A stretch of 64,000 bases of DNA from Eledone cirrhosa. Taxonomy: Eukaryota. Under the pieces are notes generated by a model, which searched no databases, was not told the origin of the DNA, and saw only the letters and a program-made list of their open reading frames with translations. The stretch is from the NCBI GenBank assembly GCA_964016885.1, contig OZ024743.1, positions 50,158,001-50,222,000 of the forward strand. Reading direction: 5' to 3'. Below are positions 12,689-24,995 of the stretch, piece after piece. The translations under genes were made by a program, and so were the position numbers. Position 1 is the first letter of the stretch, and each line of letters starts with the position of its first letter.

Positions 12689-13309
12689 CATATATGTATA
12701 TATATATATATATGTGTGTGTGTGTATATATGATTATATATATGTGTGTATATATATATATATGCACATGCACACACATATATATATACATAAATATATA
12801 TATACATACATATACACATATGCAGATGAAGTATTTTCTGGAGTAGGCTGAAGAGAAAACGTATTTGTCAGTGTGATATATGTAAGGTCGCTGCTAGAGG
12901 TCGTTACTGGTTATAATTTGTAGCCACTTAGAACATCGCTGATAGGCTAAAAAAAAATCGCCCCTCCCCCAACTATTCGTTCCCAGACCGACTAACGAGC
13001 CTTCATGTGATCACTAGATAAACCTGCTAGAAAAAACAACGAAATCTCCCAAAAATCGCAGTCCATCGTTTGAATAAATAGTTAAAATATGTGAAACTGA
13101 TATAATTTTGTCTTCTCTCTTCCTGAGATCAAACTAAAAGGTCGATCATTGACATATGAGAGGTCGAAGCTCAAATTTGTTGACTGATTATATAATATAC
13201 GACATTGTTATATTACTATATAATATTACACAGTAAATGGAGTTACACTGTATAGTATTACACAGAATATAGCAATACATCATTTTCTTAACATATGCAT
13301 GTGGTCTGT

Positions 13310-13600
13310 GTGTTGGGTCTCCGTCGGTTACGACAATCAGTCTTACGGTTGTTTGACCAACGAAATAACCAGCTCGTGGAATGAACGTTCAAGTGGTTGA
13401 GTATTCCACCAACACGTGTAGATTTAATATAATTCTCAGAGAGATTCAGTGATAAGAAACGGACAAGACTCACCTTTTGAATTACATGTACAATTCATTT
13501 TTACTAAGTGAAAAGATTGGAGCAACATAAAATAAATTGTCTTGCTGAAGAACATAATACGTCAGCTGAACACTTTACCCACTGAACCCGTGTCTTCACA
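13310..13600 (-). mobile_element. Diverged tRNA-derived SINE, second family
   Basis: Shares TGGAGCAAC..AAATAAA.TGTCTTGCT.AAG with 31100-31240 and 60050-60170; 10970-11110 resembles its tail in the opposite orientation. Confidence 0.6.
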
Positions 13601-14278
13601 GCATATGAATGAATGTACAGTTCTTTAACATATTTAATCCGATTGTTGTTGTTTAACTTTAGGTTCAAGCCATGGTCATCTCATTTTATTTACCTACGAC
13701 TATACAATATATCCTTTCTTAATATGCCTCCATTACAAACCATTAACTAAATAAGCTTCTCAAAGTTATCTATACAGCCCCTAGGGGATGATTGATCTAC
13801 CTAAGTGTTCCATTTGAGCCCAAACCTGACATTTGTGTAAACCATGAAAATACATCAAATTATAGAATGAATTACAACTAGGTTTATATATATAATTAGT
13901 CTTTATTGACTATAAAATAGTTTGTGTCCTTATTTACTTACTTGCATATGTTTGTAGATGAAGGATCTTGATGAGGGAGTTAAGGACCCATCCATGAAGA
14001 GGCCGACGGTCTGAACATTAAGGAAATCCTGTTCTAAAATATGAGCATTTCTGCGTGTAAAAAACAAAAACAGAGGATGTAACAAAAAAATAACAATGAA
14101 AAATTCCCCAATAGGGGGAGACTTCGGAGGGACATTTGTGGAGAAAGCCCAGTAAAAGGCCACAGTGACCCTGACCACCAAGGCAAGTGCCCTCTCCCAG
14201 TTTTCCACCTTTAATTTACAGATATATACTCAGAGTAGGCCCATTTACTCGGGCCATTCTTGCTTCTCTCACCCATCT

Positions 14279-17200
14279 TTAAACGAAATGCTGGGAAGAG
14301 AGCACTTCCCTCTCTACTCTGATTTTCCTTTTCAAATGAAATTTGAAAAAGTCAATCAGAGCATCACCGAAGAGGTAAGTGCTCGTCTTCAGCCCTTTCA
14401 AACGTGTCCACCATACTATCTCAGATAAAAACTGCCTGCCCTTCCCGGCTAAAGGAGGAGGGCGGGGCAATCCTCACGATGGACTCAGATGATAGCCGGA
14501 TCCGTCCTACATGCGACAGCAGGTGTTCGACATAAACCCACAAGTCAGCAATTTTCGGACACTGGACGAGTGCGTGCAGGACGGTTTCGTCGCCCTGTGC
14601 GCATCTCGGACATGCCCGGCTGACGGCACCTCCATGCCTGTAGAGTTTATCCCGAACTGGCAAGGCTCCTCGGTAGCACTGCCAGGCCAGAGATTTCTGG
14701 AAGTTGTCCATAGGCCCTGGCCCGAAAGTTCTTCCGAAGAGATTGGCTAGTTGATTTTCGTCGACGCCTAGAGTTTCCCCAAGTACGTCGTCGCTCTTCC
14801 CCTCCACTAATCCTCTATAGAACGCCGAGGTGGAGTTTCTACCGATCACATTGCCCGATTGGTCGAGGGCTGTGAGCGCCTGAAGACATTCCAGTCTCCA
14901 GGCGCTCCCTCTCGGTCTTCGCTTGACCCAGGACTGCAGCTCCGTCAAGGAAACGAGCTGGGGAAATACGTGTCTAGCAAACGGCGACCACACCTGATCA
15001 CCGTTGAGGAAGCGGTGGAGATGTCGTAGCCTGAGCGCGTTCCTGCGCATCATCAGCCACGGCATGCCCAGCCCTCCACGTAGCGGGTGTTGACAACAGA
15101 TGGATCGCCTGACCATCGGAGCGCGTCTCTTCCACAAAAAGCGAAAGAGCAAACGCTCCAGCGCAGTCAGGCGAGGCTTAGGACAAGGTACGACGGTCAG
15201 GCGGTAGCAGATGACAGACGCGATGTACGCGTTAGCCACCTCCGCTCGATCTTTCAGGGATAGCTTCATCTCCGCCCATTTCTGGGTGAGAGAAGCCACC
15301 CTGCTCGTCACCTCGTCCCAGTTTTTGTCCGTCTGTAGGTCCGGACCGAACCAGACCCCTAGCAATTTAACCGATCCATCCGTCCAGCGTCCGACGACGC
15401 TGTTGGACGGCATGGACCTGCCTCTCCAGGTGCCGAGCTGCAGGCCCACTGACTTTTCCTGGTTGATCATTGCTCCTGTCACCGCTTCGTATTCTCTTAG
15501 TGTAGTCCCGATCGCTTCGATGTGTTTGGCGTTCGACACCACTACGGTGACATCGTCCGCATATGCTGACACGGATCTTCCGCATCCTAGTTTGCGCGGG
15601 ACGCCCCTCAACGTCTCCAGTTTGTGCAGTAATGGCTCGAGAGTCAATACGTACAAGAGGGACGAGAGGGGACATCCTTGTCGGACCGAGCGCATGATGT
15701 TGAACGGTTCCGACAGGTGACCGTTCACTCTCACCACAGAGCAGATGTCGCTGTGCATGGCAGCGATCCAGCCTCTGAAGACGGGCCCAAAGCCAGCCGC
15801 CCTCAGGACTGCCGCTAGGTAACGATGGTCGACCCTATCGAAAGCATTCGACTGATCTAAATTGATCAAGGACCCACCCGTGCCAGGTTCCCTAGCTACC
15901 CTCTCTACGATGTATCGCATGAGGTGGAGGTTGTCGTGGACGGATCTGTCGGGAATCGCGCATGTCTGCGCCTCTCCCACCAGACCACCAACGACAAGCG
16001 CCAACCTCTTTGCTAGCACCTTGGCCAAAATCTTGAACTCTGTGTTTAGCAGAGTTATGGGCCTGAAATTATCTATGTTATCCCCCTTATTCGGATCCTT
16101 TCTCAGCAGTGCCACCGTTCCTCGGCTCCCAGAGCTGGGAATTCTTCCATTCTGTTGCCAGTTGCAGTAGACGTCCGCCAAGAGGCCTCGGAACAAGTCT
16201 GGCATCTGTACGTAAAGTTTATAGGGCAGACCATCCAAACCAGGCGATTTACCCCTTGTGCGGTCAGTCATTGCCTCCCGTACTTCAGCGGCTGTTATCG
16301 GCTTTTCGCAACACTCCGCCTCAGTGGCCGAGAGCCGCGGCAGTCCGTCGAGGTAGACACTAAAGTCCATCCCTCGACCCGGCCCACCGCTGCCCCCGAA
16401 CAGCTGAGCGAAGTGTCGCTGAAAAGCTTCACACATTTGCCCGGGATCGAGTAGCATGCGCCCGTCGTGGTCCACCAAAGACCGGATCGTGGCTTTGTTA
16501 TCACGACGCGCCTCCGCCACTCGGGCTCATTGAACGGCTTTCGTCCCCTCGTGTCTGAGAGCACGCACCCTAGCTCTGACAACACAGCCTTCGTGCTTTG
16601 CATTGAAGAATTGGTCAAGGGCCAATTTCGCCGCAAACACGTCGGTCGCGATGCCTTGCTAAGCGCCTCGTCTAATTTTCTAACTAGTTCTCCCTCTGCT
16701 CTATTTTTCTCTATTGCTAAAGCCTTACTAAACCTAATGGACTCTATTCTAATCGCTCTTTCAGAGCAAACCACCACTTGTTGTTGACGATGGCCCTCGT
16801 CAACGCCCGCTTAACTAGTTCGCTAATCCGGTCTCTGTAGGCCTTGCGCGCTGGTAAGGACGCGTTTAGCTTCCAGTAGCCGGGTCCTCGTCTATGAAGC
16901 CTATCTAAGTCACGCACACAGATCACAAATTTGTGGTCCGTGTAGCTGACTATCTTGAATTGTGGACAGCCTGTGCTAGACCTATCTATTTCCCTACAAA
17001 ATACTCTATCTAGATATGATCTGGATGACCCTATGCGATTTGTCCAAGCCCACATTGGCACATTCGGGAAATCCAATCGGTACCTGTCAGACAGTTCAAA
17101 ACGTCTGAGCAGGTTGGTGAGACTCTTGCACCCTCCTTCCCTATCCACTAATCCCACACAGTCCCAGCGTACATCTAAGATCCCGTTCCAGTCGCCCACT

Positions 17201-17614
17201 AACACTCAAGAGCGGGATGTTCCAAGAAAGGTCTCCAGACGCCGGAAGAAATCAGGCCGCCCTGCTCCTGTCGGGGCATAGACGGCCACTAGCCTGAAAG
17301 CTTGCCCGTCTCTGCTGGTCACGTTCAGCACCACCAACTTACCCTCTGGGTCCAGGAAAATAGCCCGTATGGCGAGATCCAAACCTCTCCGAAAAAGCAC
17401 AGCAACTCCACCCCCCGATTCAGGACGGCTGGGAGATGCATACACATCGTAACCGCCGAAGATCGGTGCGAAGGCCCGTGCTTCGGAGATTCTGGTCTCG
17501 CTGATGGCCACTACATCTATGTTTAGTGACCTGAGGTTGTTGAGCAGGTGGCTCTGCTTCCATGACGACTCCAAGCCACGCGCATTTATGCTGCCTATTC
17601 TGAGTGAGGTCATG
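14279..17614 (-). pseudogene. Tx1-type ORF2 (APE endonuclease + reverse transcriptase), split by frameshifts and stops
   Basis: SINARGL, ISETR, VYAP, GDWN, SYLDRVF, TDHK, GPGYWKLN, KSPGLDGL, FRPITLLNTEFKILAK, AFDRVDH, VRQGCPLS, YADD, CPRC..DETVLHALVQC across the track ORFs 17206-17685, 16744-17205, 16295-16777, 14421-16520 and 14279-14470. Confidence 0.95.
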
Positions 17615-17719
17615 TTGAAATGGAGTGGAAAAGATGGGAAAGACCACTTACCGTACTTTTCGTAGAGGAAGGATGGTTTCGCCATCCCTTTTCACTTGGT
17701 CGTCTGGTGAATGGACCGT

Positions 17720-19436
17720 TTAATCATCCCTTCGGCTGGTCGTCGGCTCTTCTATGAGTATGTCCGAATATACTCTCCGGTTGAGAGTCCCTCCTAGGTC
17801 TCTGAAATCACCAACTGCGTTGGGGAATTTCGTTTTAATGTTTGTGTATTGTTTCTGTGCTATTCTTACCAGTCTTATGTTCGTTGGTGTTTTGATTGGT
17901 GCTGGTATTATGTAGTCGTGCTGTGAAATGTCTGTGTGTTCAATTATGTAAGTCATTAGTTTCTTGTTGTGTGTATTTATTACCGTGCATTTGTTTTTCT
18001 GGGGGTAGGGTGTGGTTCTGCTATTTTCTTGTCGTTGTTGCTGGGTGTGTGTGTTTTGTTGTTGTGTTTGCGATGTTGGTGCTTGTGGTGGTGGTGTTGA
18101 AGGTGTTGTTGTTGTTGGCGTTGGGGTTGTCGCCGGTGGTGATGGTGGTGCTAGTGTGGGTGGTGATGGTGTTGGTGGTGTTCCTGGTTGCCGCTTGTCC
18201 TGTTGCTGGTAGCAGTGGAGCCGGTTTCGGAAGGAGGGGGGTTTTCTCATTTCTCAGGGTCTTCTCGTTGCAGAAGGCCCTGAGGTGAGTCTTCGATCCA
18301 CAGCGAAAGCATTTCGGGCGTTTGCCCTCAACACTTATGGGCAGTTGAGTGCCGCTATCGAAGTCTATCACATCCGGGATAGCTTCGATGCACTCCTGGT
18401 TGGTTTGGATTAACATCTCAATGGAGGTGCCGACCCAATATTCTCTTACTCTTTTCTGTACTTGCAGTACAGTTGTTTTGTCCTCGATTCCGACGTGGGT
18501 CAGTTTGACCCTCATTATTTTTTTCCCGCAGTAGGAGGGCACCAACACCATTTCCTTGCTCCTTAGGGTCACTAAGGATTGAGCCTTTGCCTCCTGGGGT
18601 GTGGCAAAAAGCACGTCTACGGTGGCATATTTCTTGCCTCGGGTGATATGCGTTTTCCGCTGCCACACGGACCCTAAGGCTTTTTGTATTTGAGCCTCTG
18701 TGGCTCTTTCAACCCTACGGGATTTTGTGCTTACTGTACGGTACGTGAACGTACAGTGCTGTTGGGTTTCGAAAAATCTTTCGGCTGCCTTGCAGATTGC
18801 TCGGTGTCCGGTTTTCGTCACCATCTTCTTCGCTTCCTGTAATTCCTCATTTGTTATGAGGATGGTTTCCAGGTTCTTTGCGATACCTGCAAACGAGATT
18901 GGTTTTTCTTTGCTGCTGTTGTTGTTGTTGTTGTCGTCAGAGCTGCTATTACTTTTGTTGTTGCTGCAGGTACTACGACTGCTGCCGCCGCCGCTGTTGC
19001 TGTGGTTGTTGTCGTTGTTGCTGCTGCTGCTGTTGTTGTTGCTGTTGCTGCTAATGCTGTTGTTGTTTATGCTGCTGCTGTTGTTGTTGTGGCTGCTACT
19101 GTTGTTTTCCTTGTCACTGTTGCTGCTGCTGCTGTTATTACGGCTGCTACTGCTATTATTCATGACGTCAGACGAATGAAATGGGTTTTCGTATTTACCG
19201 CACACCATTTTCGTCGTCGTCGTCGTCGTCGTCGTGGAGAAATGTTCCATGCTTTGCACGTGATTTTGGAAACTATTTTTCTTTACTGGCGTCTCTTGCG
19301 AAAGAGAAGGGAGGGAGAGAGACACATTTAGAGAAGGGAGGGAGAGAGACAATCTTCTCTCTGCTGTAGTGACGATTGGGGAAGAAGAAGACGGAATGAG
19401 TGGGAGTGACTTGTGAAAATTCTTTTTCGTAGCCAT
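17720..19436 (-). pseudogene. Tx1-type ORF1 (gag-like), probable frameshift near 18250
   Basis: CFRCGSKTHLRAFC zinc knuckle, Asn/Ser-rich N-terminal tract and Pro/Thr-rich C-terminal region, directly upstream of ORF2. Confidence 0.85.
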
Positions 19437-19654
19437 GTTTTTTGTTTTTGGTTTAAAATAAATATTGGGCACAAAACCCCAATAAGCGGTTATTTAACCC
19501 CGAAGGGCCAACTACCGGGCAGAAAGACCCCTCTCACGAGGAGGGGGCTGTTTTTGTCTACAATTTGGTTAAAGTTTTAAATAATTTACAATTGTTATAG
19601 CGGTCAAAATTTACAATACCTTACAGAGCCGAGCCTCCGTCAACCATGGCATTC

Positions 19655-19703
<49 letters not shown>

Positions 19704-20469
19704 GAGAAGAAAACGCACATGGTGGATATATATCGTTATGGAATCGGTCCCGTAAGTTTTTGATTTTTACTTATTTAAAACAACTGTGATAGAATAATTC
19801 TTATTACAAATGAAATATAAGATTACAGTTTTGACCTTCAGCAGGCAACAACGCATCACATTACGGCATAGGGCCCCAATATTTAATATTTAATTTTGGA
19901 TCAGAAATGTTATAGTCGAAAAAGAGAAAATGGCTATGTGGACAGAAAGGCAAATAATTTCACCAGCAACACCACCACCGCCGCCACCACCACTACCACG
20001 CCAAAAACTCTAGTCAAGTTACCTCAACTTCTATTTCTACTTCAACTTCAACACCATCACTACAGTACTACGATCACATCACCACCACCACTGCTTCATT
20101 ATCGCTACCGCCGCTATTCTCTCCCACTACCTCCTGCTAAGTACTACTAGCACATCACCACCACCACCACCACTGCCTCATTATCGCTACCGCCGCTAGG
20201 CATCATAGTACTCCCACTAAATGAGGAAGGCATCAAAAGATATAAATAGACTGATTTGATGACCCGGTCAAAAAATCAAAAAATCAAAAATCAAAACAGC
20301 ACAGCAGCAACGAAAAACGTAAAGAAAAGAAAAAAAGAAAAGAAAAACAAACAGACAAACGGACAAGCAAAAAAACTAAGTCAGACATTCAAACATTATA
20401 TTACAATGAAACTTATGCTTATTTTGGTTTTTTTTTTACCTATTTGTTTGTTTGTTTATTTATGTTCGT

Positions 20470-23400
20470 CTACAGCGTGATAGTGCCACGCTAAAATCAC
20501 CGAGGGTGATCAAATCACCGGTTTTATGAAACCATACATTCACCAATCCTCGATAAGAGTGTTTGAATGTCGAACCTAAACAGTTCGAATAACGGTGAAG
20601 TGGAGACTGGAATGTCATGTGACAGACTCTCACCCAACAGGTGCTCCCTGGCTCAGCAGCAAGGACCTTGCTGTCAACCAAATACTGCTGGTGTCGGAGA
20701 AAGAAGAGGGAAAGGGACCAGAACCAACTGGACGAAAGAATTGAATAGAACTGTTATGCAATGTTACCTGAAGAGTAACCCCAAGGAAAAAGGCTATAGG
20801 AAACGGATGCATAACATCTGGAACGAGATTGGTCTATTTAAATTAGATGAACAAAAATTGGCCGGGCAGGCTCGGGTAATAAGAACTAATGGGTGGATAA
20901 GCGAGCTGGAACTGGAGGAACTGAGCAGAGAGATTAGGTTGGAAATGGAGAGTGGAGTATGCCAGGCAAATGAGCCAGTGGGAAATGAAGGTGAAGAGGT
21001 TGAGAGAACGGAGGAATCATCCGAAGCAGACAATGATCTGAGCGTTGAAATAAATAATCCCTGGAACAAAGATACGGTCATTGAGGAGATGAATGCTGAT
21101 GGGCTAGGACAAGATTTGGTTGATATCCTAAACTTAGTGGTAGATGAAATGAACAATGATAGTGGGAAACCTATGAACCTAAGATTTGTAGACAGGAAAA
21201 AGTTAAAAGAAACAACAGCTAAGATAAAAAAGTCATCCCATACCTTGAGGCGAGGAGCCTTCACCAGTGCAACAATATCCTCAAAGCAACAGCAAATGCG
21301 GTGAGGAAATTACTTGGCATAAAAGCGAGAGGAAACAACAAACAAGAAAGATCAGAACATTGGTGGAAGAAACGACTGAATGGTCAAATCAGGGAAATGA
21401 GAAATGACATTGGAAAGCTTGAGTCCCTACTGAATGGGTCACTAAAAAACATAGACACTAAAAATAGACTGTAAATAAAGTACAAAACTAGGAGGAAAAT
21501 ATTATCATAGAGGAACTGAAGCAACGCATTGTAGCAAACAGTGCAAAGATTAGGCGATACGAGAGCAGAGTCAGTCAGTATAGACAGAACCGCATGTTTG
21601 ACAACAACCAGAAGATGTTGTTTGGACAGCTTCAAGGGAAAGAAAGAGGCAACGAGTGATCCCTGAGGCGGAACAAACTAAGACATTCTGGAGAGGAATA
21701 TGGGAGCAGGATGTTAAACATAATGACCAGGCAGTGTGGCTTGAGACAGTACAAAAGGAGATTAGTGAACAGGCACACCAACAAACTGATTTGAGTATCA
21801 CAGTTGAAACTCTCAAGGGGCAGGCCAAAAAATTAACCAACTCGAAATCACCAGGCCCAGATGGTGTGCAGGGGTATTGGATTAAAAATATAACATCCCT
21901 CCACTCGAAACTGACAACCATGTTCAATGACTGCTTGATGTCAGGTGAGGTACGAGAGTGGTTGACAAAAGTTACCACAGTTCTGGTAATGAAAGACCGA
22001 ACCAAGGGTAATGATGTTACCAACTATAGACCTATCACATGTCTGTCCGTAATGTGGAAACTGTTAACAAGCATTGTGTCTGAGGAAATCTACCATCACC
22101 TCCACATAAACAACTTGTTATCGGACGAACAGAAAGGATGCCGAAAGAAGTCCCGTGGTACAAAGGACCAGTTACTTATTGATAAGATGGCAATGAGGAA
22201 TGCAGGAGGAGACACACTGGTCTTGCCATGGGATGGATAGACTACAAAAAGGCATTCAACATGGTACCTCATTCTTGGATAACCAAAAGCCTAGAGATCT
22301 TCAAGGTGGCAGATAACATCAGACAGTTGTTGAGCAAAAGTATGAAGTCCTGGAAAACATCGGGCGGAGAATCCTTGGGAGGCGTGAGGATCAAGAGAGG
22401 TATCTTCCAGGGATATAGTTTGTCCCCTCTGTTGTTTGTCCTTGCCCTGATCCCCCTGACCATTATACTGCGAAAAGTGAGAGCAGGATACAAGTTGGGA
22501 AAGGGAGAGCTTACCATCAATCACCTCCTCTTCATGGACGATCTTAAGCTCTTCGGGAAGAGTGAGAAGGAGTTGGATGTGCTTGTTGACACTGTCCGTA
22601 TTTTCAGCAATGATATATGTATGCAATTTTGTATTAGTAAGTGTGGAGTCCTTGTGATGAGGAGGGGTAAATTGAGCAGAAACAACGGAATCCAGCTACC
22701 AACAGGTGAGATGATAAAGGAAATTGATGCTGAAGAAGGATACAAATATTTAGGTGTTCTGGAGGCTGATGAGATCAAGAACAAAAAAATGAAGGAATTG
22801 ATAAGATCTGAATACATTCGGAGAGTAAGGAGCGTATTAAATTCACATCTCAACAGTAGGAATGCCATAAGTGCAGTAAATTCCCGAGCTGTGTCTATTA
22901 TTAGGTACAGTGCGGGAATTCTGAGATGGAATGTTGCTGAACAAAAAGAAATGGATAGGAAGACTAGGAAGCTATTGACTATCTACAACATGTTCCACAA
23001 ATGGAGTGATGTCGATAGACTCTACTTGAGGAGATATGAAGGTGGAAGAGGTCTTATCAGCATAGAGGACTGTGTCCAGATGGAGAAAAACAACCTACAC
23101 AAATACGTGACTGATAGTAGGGAGCCAATGCTCAGAATTGTACTGAAGGAGAGAACAATAGACCAGGGGATGTCCAAGGAGGAAATAACAACAAGGAGAA
23201 AGAGCAACCTTCATGAAAAACCCTTCATAGTTCCTTCTTTGAGAAAACTGAATTTAGAGATCCACAGACATGGAACTGGTTGAAAAGAGGAGACCTTAAA
23301 AAGGCTACAGAAGGAATGCTAATGGCTGCGCAAGAGCAGGCCCTCAAAACGAAGTGGCTGAAACACCATATTTACAAGGAGGATGCTAGCCCACTGTGTA

Positions 23401-23872
23401 GGATCTGTGGAGAGAGAGAGGAGACTGTGGCTCACATTGTATCCGAGTGTAAACACCTAGCCCAGACACACTATAAAGGCTGGAGACATGATGTGATGGG
23501 CAGGGTGATCCACTGGCACCTATGCAAAGTAAATTTACCACATTCTGAGAAGTGGTATGAGCATAAGCCAGAGTCGGTGATGGAAAACGATCAGGTGAAG
23601 GTGCTGTGGGATTTTAGGATACAGACGGACAAGAAACTGGAACACAATAGACCTGACCTGGTGGTTGTGGACAAGGGAAAAATATCGTGCCTGATTGTGG
23701 ATGTAGCCTGCCCATTCGACACGAGAGTGCAAGAGAAGGAGAGGGAGAAAATTAACCGATACGAGGACTTAAAGTGGTAGGTAAAAAGGATTTAGAACTG
23801 CCATGAGGTCAAATTGTCATAGACGCACTAGGTGCTATCTCAAAGAGTTTCCAAGGATGGTTAAAGGAAATT
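20470..23872 (+). mobile_element. Dong/R4-clade LINE (RT + restriction-like endonuclease), degenerate and 3'-clipped
   Basis: N-terminal GYRKRMHNIW..LDEQKLAGQARVI; RT motifs SPGPDG, YRPITCL, GIFQG, LFMDDLKL; CRICGEREETVAHIVSEC; RHD; KVLWDFRIQTD..NRPD..DVACPFD. Multiple stops and frameshifts. Confidence 0.92.
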
Positions 23873-24873
23873 GGGGGGGGGGGGGATGTTCTATTTCGAC
23901 AGGATTAAGTAAATTTTCAATAAAACATATTCTAGAATTTATTTTTGAAATGTACAAGAGGTCGCCTGATATTCCATTAAAGTCATCAATTTTATTAGAA
24001 TTTCAACATTTTTTTTAAATGAAGAAAAATTCTAAGATTTAATTTATAGGAGGGGGGGGGTATCTTAGACTGTATATAAACTTACAACAGTTTTATGCAC
24101 ACACACACACACGCGCGCACACACACACACTCACACACTCAACGCACACACACTCACACGCACACACTCACACACACACACATAGACATACACGCGCGCG
24201 CACACACATAGACTTACACGCGCACACACACACTCACAAGCACACATACACCCACGCGCGCGCGCACACACCCACGCACACACACACACTCACACATACA
24301 TACACACACATAGACATACACATACACACACGTCATCGGATTTATAAATCAGGATGTGAAATAGTACTCAATACGTTATGTAGAGTATATAATACATATA
24401 TATGTGTGCGTATTGTATATTTAATAATATACTGTATGTTTATTTAAAAGCATTTTCAAGGCCTTTCGCTATGAATTTAAGGTAGCGACTATAGTCACAT
24501 ACCTAGCTTCAGCAAAAACAAAGGGAAATAACTGACGATCGGTTGTTTCTCGCTGTTTATCAAGGCTATATATCGCTTCTGTTTTTGCTGTGAGCTGTAG
24601 AATACCAATTATAGTTTCTTAACACTTTTGTACTAACTATTCTACTCGAAATATATCGGAACCAATTATATATTTCTATGGTAACGTTTCAATATTTTGG
24701 TACGGTTATTATTGATACTAAAAATTCGATCATTACTGCTATGACAAGGATCTCGATTTCAACAGTGTGTCGAGCAATATTGATGCTTCTTGTTATCCGA
24801 ACCTCGTTCTGGTTTAATTAGGGAGAACAGTTTCAGGTGTTCACTATTCTAATGTTTCTATATTATTTCTTAA

Positions 24874-24995
24874 GGGCGGTGGATTGGCAGTATCGGTAGA
24901 GGGTCGAACGCCATGCTTTGCAGCAAAAGAGTTACGGCCATTTATGGTCTGAGTTCAAATCCCGCCGAGGTTAACTTTGCCTTACATCCTTACGG
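24874..24995 (+). mobile_element. 5' half of a tRNA-derived SINE interrupted by the RTE LINE (3' half at 29093-29177)
   Basis: Joining 24874-24995 to 29105-29177 restores the SINE seen intact at 1004-1190 and 29576-29770. Confidence 0.9.

Larger units (their letters stand above)
14052..19654 (-). mobile_element. Near full-length Tx1/L1-clade non-LTR retrotransposon (frameshifted)
   Basis: ORF1 with a CCHC knuckle; ORF2 with APE, RT and a C-terminal Cys-His motif. The 5' end abuts (AAT)n at 19655-19702. The 3' UTR looks clipped relative to the 8318 copy. Confidence 0.93.

Noticed and set aside
14511-17526. Plus-strand ORFs overlapping the Tx1 element, and antisense ORFs over the RTE and Dong elements
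   Set aside because: Shadow frames of GC-rich LINE coding sequence.
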